Source: Minisyncoccota bacterium
GTDB lineage: Bacteria > Patescibacteriota > Minisyncoccia > Phycocordibacterales > UBA1006
Assembly (NCBI GenBank): GCA_022763365.1
Contig: JALEGN010000013.1
Coordinates: 44,118-108,117, forward strand
DNA length: 64,000 nucleotides
Direction of reading: 5' to 3'
Shown here: one piece after another, positions 31,542-40,694 of the stretch
Layout of the letters: every line of letters starts with the position of its first letter
How positions within the stretch are numbered: position 1 is the stretch's first letter
The notes under the pieces: model-generated
Told to the model about the DNA's origin: nothing
The model's database searches: none
Seen by the model: the letters and a program-made list of their open reading frames with translations, nothing else
Translations under genes and position numbers: made by a program

Positions 31542-32420
31542 TTATGAACTCATTCCCCAGAAAAGCCGGATTCTTTCGGCTGCAGCTTTTTGAACTGCTT
31601 CTTTGGCAGATTTAAAATATTTATATGGAGCTAATGTTTCATCTTTAGCAAAAGACTCTTCAATAGATTTTCTAAATACCACTCGAAGTTCAGTACTAAT
31701 ATGGATAAGAGAAATTCCTGCCCTAATGACAGCTAGAAAATCTTCATCTGATGAACCTGATCCACCATGAAGTACTAGTGGAGTTTTAGTAGCTTCCCAA
31801 ATGGATGCTACACGCTCTGGATTTAATGCTGGGTTACCAGATTTTACCATTCCGTGAATATTTCCAACCGATGGCGCCAAAACTTCTACACCAGAGGCAT
31901 CAACAAATGCTTTAGCTTCATCAGGTTTTGTCATAGTTTCTTCAGAAACTCCTTCTGGGATTTCGTCTTTAATACTTGAACCTGAACCAATAAATCCAAA
32001 CTCTGCTTCAACAAGACAATTAGGATTTACTTCATTTCGATACGCAACAACCTTTTTAGTATTTTCAAGATTTTCTTCATGAGATATCTTAGCACCATCA
32101 TAAATAACCATATCAAAACCAGCATCAATAGCTTCACAGGTTCGTTCTACGGAATAAGTATGGTCAGCATTTAGGAAAACTGGATAATCATGTTCATTAC
32201 GTAAACTCGTTACGTAATCAACGATTTGAGTTACCCCGAAAGCATCTCGTTCTCCTTCAGAGACTCCAATAACAAGGGGAATTTTTTCACCAGCTTCTTC
32301 TGATACCTCTTTGGCTGCAGCAAAAACTGACATAAGCATATCAGAGTTCGCGACATTAAAATGAGCAATGGCTTTTTGTTGTTCTTTAGCTTCAAATAAA
32401 TATTCTTTCAATGTTTTCAT
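31542..32420 (-). CDS. fba: Class II fructose-bisphosphate aldolase
   Basis: FLNADH, VEAEFG, VGNIHG, LVLHGGSG. Confidence 0.93.
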   Translation of the reverse strand: MKTLKEYLFEAKEQQKAIAHFNVANSDMLMSVFAAAKEVSEEAGEKIPLVIGVSEGERDAFGVTQIVDYVTSLRNEHDYPVFLNADHTYSVERTCEAIDAGFDMVIYDGAKISHEENLENTKKVVAYRNEVNPNCLVEAEFGFIGSGSSIKDEIPEGVSEETMTKPDEAKAFVDASGVEVLAPSVGNIHGMVKSGNPALNPERVASIWEATKTPLVLHGGSGSSDEDFLAVIRAGISLIHISTELRVVFRKSIEESFAKDETLAPYKYFKSAKEAVQKAAAERIRLFWGMSS

Positions 32421-32464
32421 ATGTAGATAGTATATCATGACGTCCGCTATGATATAATAAATAT

Positions 32465-33469
32465 ATGGAAAAGAATAAAAATATTGATTTCATGGCAATC
32501 GGAGATATCGTCATCGATGCCTTTATTAAATTAAAAGAAGCTGAAATTGAATACGAACACGGCGTTAAAATGCTTGAAATGCGTTTTGGAGAAAAACTTC
32601 CTTACGATAGCGTTAAGGTTGTTAAGGCCGTAGGAAATGCCCCTAATGCCTCAGTATCTGCGGCACGACTAGGTCTTAACTCAGCTGTTATGACTCATGT
32701 CGGAAATGATGATTTCGGAAAAGAATGTCTTGATTCACTAGAAGAAAAAGGGGTTATTACTGACTACGTAACAGTTGAGGACGGTAAAACTACGAATTAT
32801 CATTACGTATTATCATTTAAAGCTGAACGAACAATCTTAATTAAACATGAAGAATACAATTATGATTTAGCGACTCAAGCTGAAGGAGTTATTCCAAAAT
32901 GGGTATACTTCTCTTCAGTTGGAGAGAAATCTATGCCATACCATGCTGATATTGCAGCATGGGTAAAAGATAATAATATCAAAATGGCATTTCAGCCAGG
33001 TACTTTCCAAATTTCACTCGGTGCTGAAAAACTAAAAGACATCTACGAAGCATCAGAAGTATTCTTCTGTAATGTAGAGGAAGCACAGCAGATTCTTTCT
33101 GAAAAGTCACGAGATGTTAAAAAGATGCTTAAGGCTATGCATGACCTTGGTCCAAAAATTGTATGTATTACCGACGGACCTGACGGAGCTTATGCTTATG
33201 ATTCATATAATGACCAGTATTGGTTCCATCCAATATATCCAGACCCAAAACCACCTGTTGAACGAACAGGAGCTGGGGACTCATTCTCATCAGCCTTCAC
33301 CGTTGCCTTAGGTCATGGAAAAACAGTAAAAGAGGCTCTTTCATGGGCACCAATTAATTCAATGAATGTTGTTCAATATATTGGAGCTCAAGAAGGACTC
33401 CTTACCACCGAACAATTAGAAGGATTCTTGGCTGATGCACCAGATCATTATAAACCAGAACAGATTTAA
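32465..33469 (+). CDS. PfkB family carbohydrate kinase
   Basis: GNAPNASV..ARLG, VGNDDFG, ERTGAGDSF. Confidence 0.93.
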   Translation: MEKNKNIDFMAIGDIVIDAFIKLKEAEIEYEHGVKMLEMRFGEKLPYDSVKVVKAVGNAPNASVSAARLGLNSAVMTHVGNDDFGKECLDSLEEKGVITDYVTVEDGKTTNYHYVLSFKAERTILIKHEEYNYDLATQAEGVIPKWVYFSSVGEKSMPYHADIAAWVKDNNIKMAFQPGTFQISLGAEKLKDIYEASEVFFCNVEEAQQILSEKSRDVKKMLKAMHDLGPKIVCITDGPDGAYAYDSYNDQYWFHPIYPDPKPPVERTGAGDSFSSAFTVALGHGKTVKEALSWAPINSMNVVQYIGAQEGLLTTEQLEGFLADAPDHYKPEQI

Positions 33470-33474
33470 GATCT

Positions 33475-33502
33475 AAAAACACTGACATTTCAGTGTTTTT
33501 TT
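33475..33502 (+). terminator. Terminator after pfkB
   Basis: AAAAACACTGA-catt-TCAGTGTTTTTTT. Confidence 0.8.
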
Positions 33503-33515
33503 ATATAATAAATAC

Positions 33516-33941
33516 ATGAAATTCGAAAACTCTTTTCTCAAACAACAAAAACAAAATCTTGAAAATGAAAATAAATTAAAGGAAGAAGCTATTGAAAAAT
33601 TTCAAATAACCGAAGCTGAGAAATTTGAAATTGATAATGCAATATATAGAAAAAAACAAGAATTCCTCGAAGATTTTTCATCTAAAGATAGGGAATATAT
33701 CCAAGAATATTTTGCATTACAAAATCAAATAAATCTTCTTGAAAAAGAAACATCAAATAAAATAGAAAAAAATCTTGATGAAGGAATATTAACACTAAAA
33801 CTAAGCCAACTTAATAAGTATATTTCACAAAGGAATGAACTTGAAAATCATTTCAAAATAAACCCACACCTTAGTGACTATCTTGAACTTCATGATGAAA
33901 TTCAACAACAAACCCATCCAGACGATCCTCAATTAAATTAA
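33516..33941 (+). CDS. Hypothetical coiled-coil protein
   Basis: Leaderless TATAAT promoter, terminator at 33948-33978. Confidence 0.65.
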   Translation: MKFENSFLKQQKQNLENENKLKEEAIEKFQITEAEKFEIDNAIYRKKQEFLEDFSSKDREYIQEYFALQNQINLLEKETSNKIEKNLDEGILTLKLSQLNKYISQRNELENHFKINPHLSDYLELHDEIQQQTHPDDPQLN

Positions 33942-33976
33942 CATAATAAAAACAATACAGATAATCTGTATTGTTT

Positions 33977-34165
33977 TTATATACCTAATTCTCCTTTGAA
34001 TACTGATTCAGCTGATGCATCAGTATATTCAGGATACCGTGCCTCGCCTTGTTCTGTGTACGGAGACTCTGTTGATGCCTGTTCTGCCTTGTCAATCGTT
34101 AGTGCCATTGTAGTAATTACTGCAAAAATAATAAACACTATTACATAGGCTACATTCTTAATCAT
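33977..34165 (-). CDS. Small single-TM protein
   Basis: MIKNVAYVIVFIIF..; TATACT 6 nt before ATG. Confidence 0.65.
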   Translation of the reverse strand: MIKNVAYVIVFIIFAVITTMALTIDKAEQASTESPYTEQGEARYPEYTDASAESVFKGELGI

Positions 34166-34211
34166 ATATTTAGTATAAAGGTAAAATAAAAAACAGCATA
34201 GATACTGTTTT

Positions 34212-35198
34212 TTAAGACAATTGAGATTTAATATGTTCAATAATTCCTTCCTTGGTAAATCCAAATTCTTGTAATAATTCATCTGGAGAACCTGATTCGC
34301 CGAATCGATCATGCATACCAATAAATGACATTTTTGTCGGTGCATGTTGCGCTAAGACCTCAGCAACTGCTGATCCCATACCACCATGAATTTGATGCTC
34401 TTCAGCACTTACTATGCGATCGACTTTTTGGGCAAATTCAGTGACTGCCTTTTCATTCATTGGTTTAATGGTGGAAAGATTCATAACAGAAACTTCAATT
34501 CCTTCTTGTTTTAATGCTTCTGCTGCTAAAATTGATTGATAGACTAATGAACCGCAGGCAATAATTCCCACCTTGGGAGTTTCTGATTCATAGACAACTT
34601 GTGGAACACCAATTTCAAAAGGAGTATCTGATGTTGTGAATATTGGCGTTTTTGCTCGTGCAAGGCGGATATATGAAGGTTTATTATTTTTAGCAATAGC
34701 TAAGGTTGCCTTACATGCTTCCTCAGAGTCTGCCGGAACAACCACGGTCATATTTGGAATAACGCGTATTGTTGCAATATCTTCAAGAGCTTGGTGGGTT
34801 GCCCCATCTGGACCAACCGATACACCAGCGTGTGCTCCAACAATTTTTGCTGGTACATCATTTAATGCAATCGTTGAACGAATCTGCTCCCAGTTGCGTC
34901 CAGGTGAGAAAGCAGCGTAGGACATCATAAATGGAATTTTTCCGTAATTTGCTAACCCTGAAGCAACGGCTGCCAAATTTTGTTCAGCAACTCCAAGCTC
35001 AATATAACGATCAGGATATTTTTCTTTAAACCAATGTGCTCGAGTAGATTCAGCTAAATCAGCACAGAGTGCAACAACATTTTTATCAGCATCTGCCGCC
35101 TCAACAAGACCTTTTCCAAATCCATCGCGCGTAGCTGCTTGATCTAAGATATCAGTGTTAAAAATATCACTATGTAGTTGTAATTCAGTATTTATCAT
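34212..35198 (-). CDS. Transketolase, C-terminal subunit
   Basis: ATRDGFG, GVAEQNL, GPDGATHQALED, EEHQIHGGMGS. Confidence 0.96.
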   Translation of the reverse strand: MINTELQLHSDIFNTDILDQAATRDGFGKGLVEAADADKNVVALCADLAESTRAHWFKEKYPDRYIELGVAEQNLAAVASGLANYGKIPFMMSYAAFSPGRNWEQIRSTIALNDVPAKIVGAHAGVSVGPDGATHQALEDIATIRVIPNMTVVVPADSEEACKATLAIAKNNKPSYIRLARAKTPIFTTSDTPFEIGVPQVVYESETPKVGIIACGSLVYQSILAAEALKQEGIEVSVMNLSTIKPMNEKAVTEFAQKVDRIVSAEEHQIHGGMGSAVAEVLAQHAPTKMSFIGMHDRFGESGSPDELLQEFGFTKEGIIEHIKSQLS

Positions 35199-35199
35199 A

Positions 35200-36054
35200 T
35201 TAGTGCGTGTGTGGTGATTCGATCTTTCCTCGTAAAGTGCGTAATTCATTTAAGAATCGTTGTTCTTCTTCGGTGCTTGGTGGTTTTCCGTGCCACTGGA
35301 ACTCATTTTCAATTTCTTTAATACCTTTTCCTGGAATAGTATGAGCAATAATACAAGTAGGCTTATTTTGAATAGCCTTTGCTTGATTCACCGCATCGAC
35401 AAAGGCTTCAATATTATGTCCATCAATTTCAATCACATGCCAACCAAATGACTCCCATTTACCTGGCAGGTCTTCTAGCTTCATAACATTTTCAGTATTT
35501 CCATTAATTTGAATATTATTCCGGTCAACAATAGCGGTAAGATTTGAGAGAGCGTGGTGTCCTGCAAACATCGCTGATTCCCAAATATTCCCACAATTTA
35601 ATTCTCCATCACCAGTAAAACAAAATACATGATTTTTCTTAGCATCAATCCGCATTCCATAGGCAACACCAGCTGCCTGACCTAAACCTGAACCAAGTGG
35701 TCCTGAGGTATGTTCAATACCAGGAAGCGCGTGTCGTTCTGGATGACCTTGTAATCGAGATCCAAATTTGCGCAGTGTTTTCAATTCTTCAATTGGGAAA
35801 TATCCAGCATGCGCCATTGTTGCATAGCGAACCGGTACTGTATGTCCATTTGAAAGGAATAACCAATCACGGTCTTCCCAATCTGGATTTTCTGGTTGAT
35901 GTTCCATCACCTCAAAATACAATGCCGTAAAAATATCCGTCATGCCAAGCGGCCCTGCGGTGTGTCCCGACCCAGCATCTTCGAGCATATCAATAATCGA
36001 CATGCGAATATCATTCGCCTTAAGTTCTAATTCTTTAATTCGTTCGTCTGTCAT
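35200..36054 (-). CDS. Transketolase, N-terminal (TPP-binding) subunit
   Basis: GSGH, LSNGH, LQGHP, GDGE..G..WES..N TPP motif. Confidence 0.96.
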   Translation of the reverse strand: MTDERIKELELKANDIRMSIIDMLEDAGSGHTAGPLGMTDIFTALYFEVMEHQPENPDWEDRDWLFLSNGHTVPVRYATMAHAGYFPIEELKTLRKFGSRLQGHPERHALPGIEHTSGPLGSGLGQAAGVAYGMRIDAKKNHVFCFTGDGELNCGNIWESAMFAGHHALSNLTAIVDRNNIQINGNTENVMKLEDLPGKWESFGWHVIEIDGHNIEAFVDAVNQAKAIQNKPTCIIAHTIPGKGIKEIENEFQWHGKPPSTEEEQRFLNELRTLRGKIESPHTH

Positions 36055-36111
36055 GAAGACAGTATACCATTTTAGTTTCTACTAAAAAAAGCAAACACAG
36101 TTTGCTTTTTA

Positions 36112-36537
36112 TTATTCAGAGCGTTCTTCTAATTGTTCACACTTTGTATCATCATTAATAAAGAAATGTCGTGCTGCAAAAAGAATTACTAAGGAAATTA
36201 CCCCAAGAAGAAGTTCAATAAATGCTCCATCAAGAAGTAGCATTTTTCGAATAACAATAAACACGGCTAGCTCTACAAGGGTATTTAAATTGTAACTAAA
36301 TAACATTCGTGCCACCTCAATACCAATAGCTAATTCAAGTATAATTCTTAAAATTTCTCGAAAAGCCTCTATCGTACTCCAATCTAAATTATCGATTAAG
36401 ATGATTTGATAGACTGTGAAAACAAGTACTCCAAGTAAGGTGAGGATCCCTAAACCAATTTCAAACCAATGGAGAACTATTTTCCCATGTTTTTTTGCTT
36501 TACGTGTTGGTAGTTTTTTCTTTTCTTGTTCTGTCAT
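36112..36537 (-). CDS. PsiE-like membrane protein
   Basis: LELAIGIEVARML, ELAVFIVIRKMLL, 4 TMs. Confidence 0.65.
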   Translation of the reverse strand: MTEQEKKKLPTRKAKKHGKIVLHWFEIGLGILTLLGVLVFTVYQIILIDNLDWSTIEAFREILRIILELAIGIEVARMLFSYNLNTLVELAVFIVIRKMLLLDGAFIELLLGVISLVILFAARHFFINDDTKCEQLEERSE

Positions 36538-36589
36538 TTCTACAGTATACAAAATGATTGACAAAATAAAAAGTAGATTATATGACGAA

Positions 36590-36836
36590 TAGCAGTAGGT
36601 TTTGAGGTTTCCTTGTTGGGGGACCTGGAAATCTCATTGTACCTACAAATATATTTTAGTTGGGAGAAGCAGGGTATGGCCTGAGACTATGGAATACCCT
36701 GCTTTAGTTAGAAAATGAATAATAAATTTCATCAGGGTTAATTCCCAAAACAAAATCTAATGGTTAATAGATAACATGAAATTTTATTATTTGTTTGATT
36801 TGTTACCGCGCTTGTTTGTAGAAGTGCGGTTTTTTT
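36590..36836 (+). ncRNA. Candidate unannotated structured ncRNA (~245 nt)
   Basis: TTGACA at 36558, three long stems with G-U pairs, intrinsic terminator 36805-36836, no ORF. Confidence 0.6.
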
Positions 36837-36872
36837 ATTGTAAAAAATAAGACTTTCGATAGGATACACACT

Positions 36873-37955
36873 ATGAAACGTGCAGGAAAAATTCAAAAAC
36901 CTTACGGACTAACGAAAGCTGAAGCTATAGAGAAATTAAATAATGAAGATTTTAAACGTATTACTGTTTCTTTATATAAATATGTGATTATTAATAACCC
37001 AAAGACAATGCGTGAGCGACTCTTTGAAATGTGGGAGCAATTAGATTGCTTAGGTCGTATTTATATTGCTGCTGAGGGAATAAACGCTCAAATGTCGGTT
37101 CCTGAATATAATTGGGAGCGATTTAAGGCTGAACTTTATGCTATTCCTGAATTTACTGATGTACCACTGAAAATTGGAATTCATCATGATACCTCATTTT
37201 ATAAACTCCAAATAAAAATAAGAAAACAGATTGTTGCTGATGGACTCACCATGAATGATTACGATATTGAAAATGTTGGGAATCACCTATCAGCCAAAGA
37301 ATGGAATGAAGCCATGGAGAAAGATGATACCATTGTGGTTGATATGCGTAACCATTATGAATCTGAGATCGGTCATTTCGATGGAGCGATGACACCAGCG
37401 GTTGATACCTTCCGCGAGGAATTACCAAAGGTTGTTGAGGAATTAAAAGGCAATGAGGATAAAAAAGTCCTGCTCTACTGTACCGGCGGTATTCGCTGTG
37501 AAAAGGCCTCGGCATATTTGAAACATGAAGGATTTAAGGATGTAAACCAACTCCACGGCGGAATCATTGATTATAAACACCAAATTGAACGTGAAGGTCT
37601 TGATAATAAGTTTCTTGGCTCAAATTATGTTTTTGATGAGCGTGATCCAGAACAAATCGGAAATGAAATTATTTCACAGTGTCATCAATGTGATACAAAA
37701 TGTGACCGGCATGTAAATTGCGCTAATTTTTCATGTAATCTTCTTTTCTTACAATGTAATAATTGTGAATCAACAACACAAAGAACCTGTTCAAAAAAAT
37801 GTAAAAAAATAGTTAATTTACCAGAACAAAAAAAGACAGCTTATTATAAAAAACATGGTAATGGTGGACCTAATCGATTCTCAAAATCACTGAAGGCGCG
37901 TGAAGTATTTAACAAACGTTCTCCCCTAAAAAAATTTCTTAATATTTTCTCTTAA
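36873..37955 (+). CDS. trhO: Oxygen-dependent tRNA U34 hydroxylase TrhO (YceA, rhodanese domain)
   Basis: GRIYIAAEGINAQ, DMRNHYESEIGHF, YCTGGIRCEKAS, YVFDER, C-terminal Cys cluster. Confidence 0.92.
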   Translation: MKRAGKIQKPYGLTKAEAIEKLNNEDFKRITVSLYKYVIINNPKTMRERLFEMWEQLDCLGRIYIAAEGINAQMSVPEYNWERFKAELYAIPEFTDVPLKIGIHHDTSFYKLQIKIRKQIVADGLTMNDYDIENVGNHLSAKEWNEAMEKDDTIVVDMRNHYESEIGHFDGAMTPAVDTFREELPKVVEELKGNEDKKVLLYCTGGIRCEKASAYLKHEGFKDVNQLHGGIIDYKHQIEREGLDNKFLGSNYVFDERDPEQIGNEIISQCHQCDTKCDRHVNCANFSCNLLFLQCNNCESTTQRTCSKKCKKIVNLPEQKKTAYYKKHGNGGPNRFSKSLKAREVFNKRSPLKKFLNIFS

Positions 37956-37995
37956 CAAAAAACCGCTCTTTAATAGAGTGGTTTCATTTTCTTGT

Positions 37996-38544
37996 TTAAA
38001 ACAAAAGTTGAGTACAGATTCCAAGGATAATAGCAATCAACAACAATAGAACTGTTTTCTTATTATCTTGAATTACTTTGAGCATCATGCGTAACTTATC
38101 CTTTAATGAGCGATGTTTATTTATATACTGAGTATACTTTAGCAAAGCTTCTCGATATTCTGGATGATTTTTGAGCACAAAACCAGATATGATGCCGCTT
38201 CCTAGATATGGAATAACACCCAAAATAATTAGCTTCATAGGAATATTTCCTTTCATAAACCAATTAATGTAAATAGCTTTAACTATCAAGTTAATAACAA
38301 AAAATAACCCAGTTGGACCAAATGCAGTAATGAAATTCGCGCCGTAGGTGACCACAAGAGACGCAGCAACAAATCCACATATAACATCCAAGGTAACACC
38401 AAAAAATGACCATGTAATTAAATTCATACTCAATTTAAGCATGCGCTTGTTCCGACTATCGGAATAAGATGTTAATATCGTGAATGATTTTTGACCAAGA
38501 TAAGAATTCTGTACAAAACTTTCAAAAGTAATTGAATTTTTCAT
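37996..38544 (-). CDS. Unknown membrane protein, paralog family member 1
   Basis: Shares NKR..WS..D..N.IVK..PY.G..LK..PE with 40214 and 40695. Confidence 0.75.
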   Translation of the reverse strand: MKNSITFESFVQNSYLGQKSFTILTSYSDSRNKRMLKLSMNLITWSFFGVTLDVICGFVAASLVVTYGANFITAFGPTGLFFVINLIVKAIYINWFMKGNIPMKLIILGVIPYLGSGIISGFVLKNHPEYREALLKYTQYINKHRSLKDKLRMMLKVIQDNKKTVLLLLIAIILGICTQLLF

Positions 38545-38604
38545 ATTTATAAGTTTTATATATTATATAATATTAAAATTAAATGTCAATAATAAAAAAC
38601 CACA

Positions 38605-38946
38605 TTAATGTGGTTTTGTTTTCTTCTTTGAAGGAAAGAAAAAATAAAGTATAGCGTATAACCCACCAAGGTATGGTAGTGAGGTCATAAAATTCTTATC
38701 AATATGATTGGTATTAAAAATCATCAAAATAAGAAACTTTATTATAGACTGAGCAACAAGAAAAATAAGATACGTTCTAAGGATATATCCAGTAAAAATA
38801 TCACTAATCAATATAATTCCGTCGATAATAAAAAAAGCTATACTTACCAATATAAGAACCTTTTGCTCCGTCGTTTTTTCTTTCCAAATTTTTGTATAAA
38901 GATTGTTTAATTGTATCAAATATCAAAGTATTAATTTCAATTTCAT
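38605..38946 (-). pseudogene. Divergent member of the same membrane family with in-frame TGA at codon 8 (or TTG-start gene from 38919)
   Basis: ATG AAA TTG AAA TTA ATA CTT TGA TAT TTG ATA is in frame with the 104-aa ORF; D, IIK and PYLG motifs. Confidence 0.5.
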
Positions 38947-38990
38947 ATAATACAATAAAAAAATAAAAAATCTAGCATTCATTAGATTTT

Positions 38991-39686
38991 TTATTGTTCT
39001 AAGCTCAGTTTTAAATTTTCAATATTTTCCTCTACATTTCCGCCTCCATAGACTCCTGAACCTGAAACAAAACGATTGACTCCAGCCTCATAGAGGTCAG
39101 CAATCGTATCCAGGGATACACCACCATCAACTGAAATAATTAATTCAGGATAACGTTCCCGAAGGTCACTAATTATAGTGAGTGCGGATTCTTCAAAAGG
39201 TTCACCTTGGTAGCCAATATGAGCAATACCCATAACCTGTACAAAATCAATGACATTATCATCAATCAATTCATAAATTGAATCCATATCATTATGTATA
39301 GTAACTGCGAGTCCAATTTCTATAAAATTCCGAATTCCATAATCAATGTCTTTAATTTTTTCCCAATCTCCTACTGAAGCATAATGGAAAATAACTCGCG
39401 CTGCCCCAATACCAAGCCATGTTTCAAGATTTTCTTCAGGACGCTCTATCATGAGATCAAGCTCATAGTTCATTTCTTCCCATAGTGGAAAAGAAACATC
39501 TTCTGTTTTTAAAGCTACTAAGTCCCTGTCAGTGCCATACATAAAAGGCCAGGTTGGTTCTGGTACATATTTACCATCCATCAAATCTAATTGAACCGTG
39601 CTAACATTATGCCTGACTAATCCAACCATATCTTCTATCTCATTAAATTGACCAGGCATAATTGCTGGAATAATTTCAATATCCAT
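38991..39686 (-). CDS. rpe: Ribulose-phosphate 3-epimerase
   Basis: IIPAI, QLDLMDGKYV, QVMGI..GYQG, SVDGGV, VSGS. Confidence 0.92.
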   Translation of the reverse strand: MDIEIIPAIMPGQFNEIEDMVGLVRHNVSTVQLDLMDGKYVPEPTWPFMYGTDRDLVALKTEDVSFPLWEEMNYELDLMIERPEENLETWLGIGAARVIFHYASVGDWEKIKDIDYGIRNFIEIGLAVTIHNDMDSIYELIDDNVIDFVQVMGIAHIGYQGEPFEESALTIISDLRERYPELIISVDGGVSLDTIADLYEAGVNRFVSGSGVYGGGNVEENIENLKLSLEQ

Positions 39687-39737
39687 AACATTATTGTAAC
39701 AAAAGACGGGTAATTTTACATGATATACTATACATAT

Positions 39738-40193
39738 ATGGAACAACAAAAAGCACCAGCATTTAATATACCTGATCAAAAAGGAAAAGAACGAGGCCTT
39801 GAAGAATTTAAAGGTCAAAAGATTTTACTTTATTTCTATCCGAAGGATATGACACCAGGATGTACCACCGAAACTATCGGTTTTCAAGATTTAAAAGAAG
39901 ATTTCAAAAAACTTAATACTACTATTATTGGAATTTCAAAAGATAGTGTTGCTAGTCACGAGAAATTTTGTGAAAAACACAACCTCGATATTATCCTTCT
40001 TTCAGACGAAGAAACTACTATGATTCAGGAATATGGCGTATGGCAAGAGAAATCTATGTTCGGTAAAAAATATATGGGAATATCACGAGAATCATTTTTA
40101 GTTGATGAAGAAGGAATTATTATGAAACATTGGGATAAAGTAAAACCTGCTCATCATCCACAAGAAGTCCTTGATTATATTTCATCATTATAA
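39738..40193 (+). CDS. bcp: Peroxiredoxin Bcp/PrxQ
   Basis: YFYPKDMTPGCTTE, GISKD, RESFLVD. Confidence 0.94.
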   Translation: MEQQKAPAFNIPDQKGKERGLEEFKGQKILLYFYPKDMTPGCTTETIGFQDLKEDFKKLNTTIIGISKDSVASHEKFCEKHNLDIILLSDEETTMIQEYGVWQEKSMFGKKYMGISRESFLVDEEGIIMKHWDKVKPAHHPQEVLDYISSL

Positions 40194-40213
40194 AATACCC
40201 AAAAGGGTATTTT

Positions 40214-40693
40214 TTAATCTTGCATCATGGCAATAACTGATCGAAAGCCTTTCTTTTTTAAATACCGAAGATAATGTTTTATACCATGTTTAAATTCAGG
40301 ATCATGTTTGAGCGTATACCCTAGTAACAAGGTGAATCCGATGTATTGAACCCCAGTAAGAAAAGCAATTTTATATGGGATCTCTCGCCTCATGTAAAAA
40401 TATACGAAAATTGATTTTACAATCCAATTTACTGCTGAAAAAATCAGTGTTGGTAAGACCTGTAACCACGATGGACCTGTAACCACTGCTGCAGTAGCGC
40501 TTCCACTAATAATAAAAATATCAATAAATAAGGCGACCACACTCCAAAGTAGTAAAATAATACATTGTTCAAAGACACGCTTATTAAAGGGTTTCTGAAA
40601 TGCTTTCAATGCTATATCTTGCTCTTCTTGAGATAGATGTTCATCATTATCAAGAAATATTTTAAAGTTTTTATAAAGTCGTTTATACGTCAT
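40214..40693 (-). CDS. Unknown membrane protein, paralog family member 2
   Basis: Tandem duplicate of 40695-41180 (KPFNKRVF, PTLIFSAVNW, TGVQY.GFT, TLKHDPEF). Confidence 0.8.
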   Translation of the reverse strand: MTYKRLYKNFKIFLDNDEHLSQEEQDIALKAFQKPFNKRVFEQCIILLLWSVVALFIDIFIISGSATAAVVTGPSWLQVLPTLIFSAVNWIVKSIFVYFYMRREIPYKIAFLTGVQYIGFTLLLGYTLKHDPEFKHGIKHYLRYLKKKGFRSVIAMMQD

Positions 40694-40694
40694 G

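Noticed and set aside
36582-36604. Seven-codon ORF MTNSSRF at the start of the candidate ncRNA
   Set aside because: The ATG overlaps the presumed -10 region; no support for translation or attenuation
38923-38925. Genome-wide TGA recoding (code 4 or 25)
   Set aside because: Conserved genes are intact under code 11, and TGA terminates rpiB and the GNAT gene
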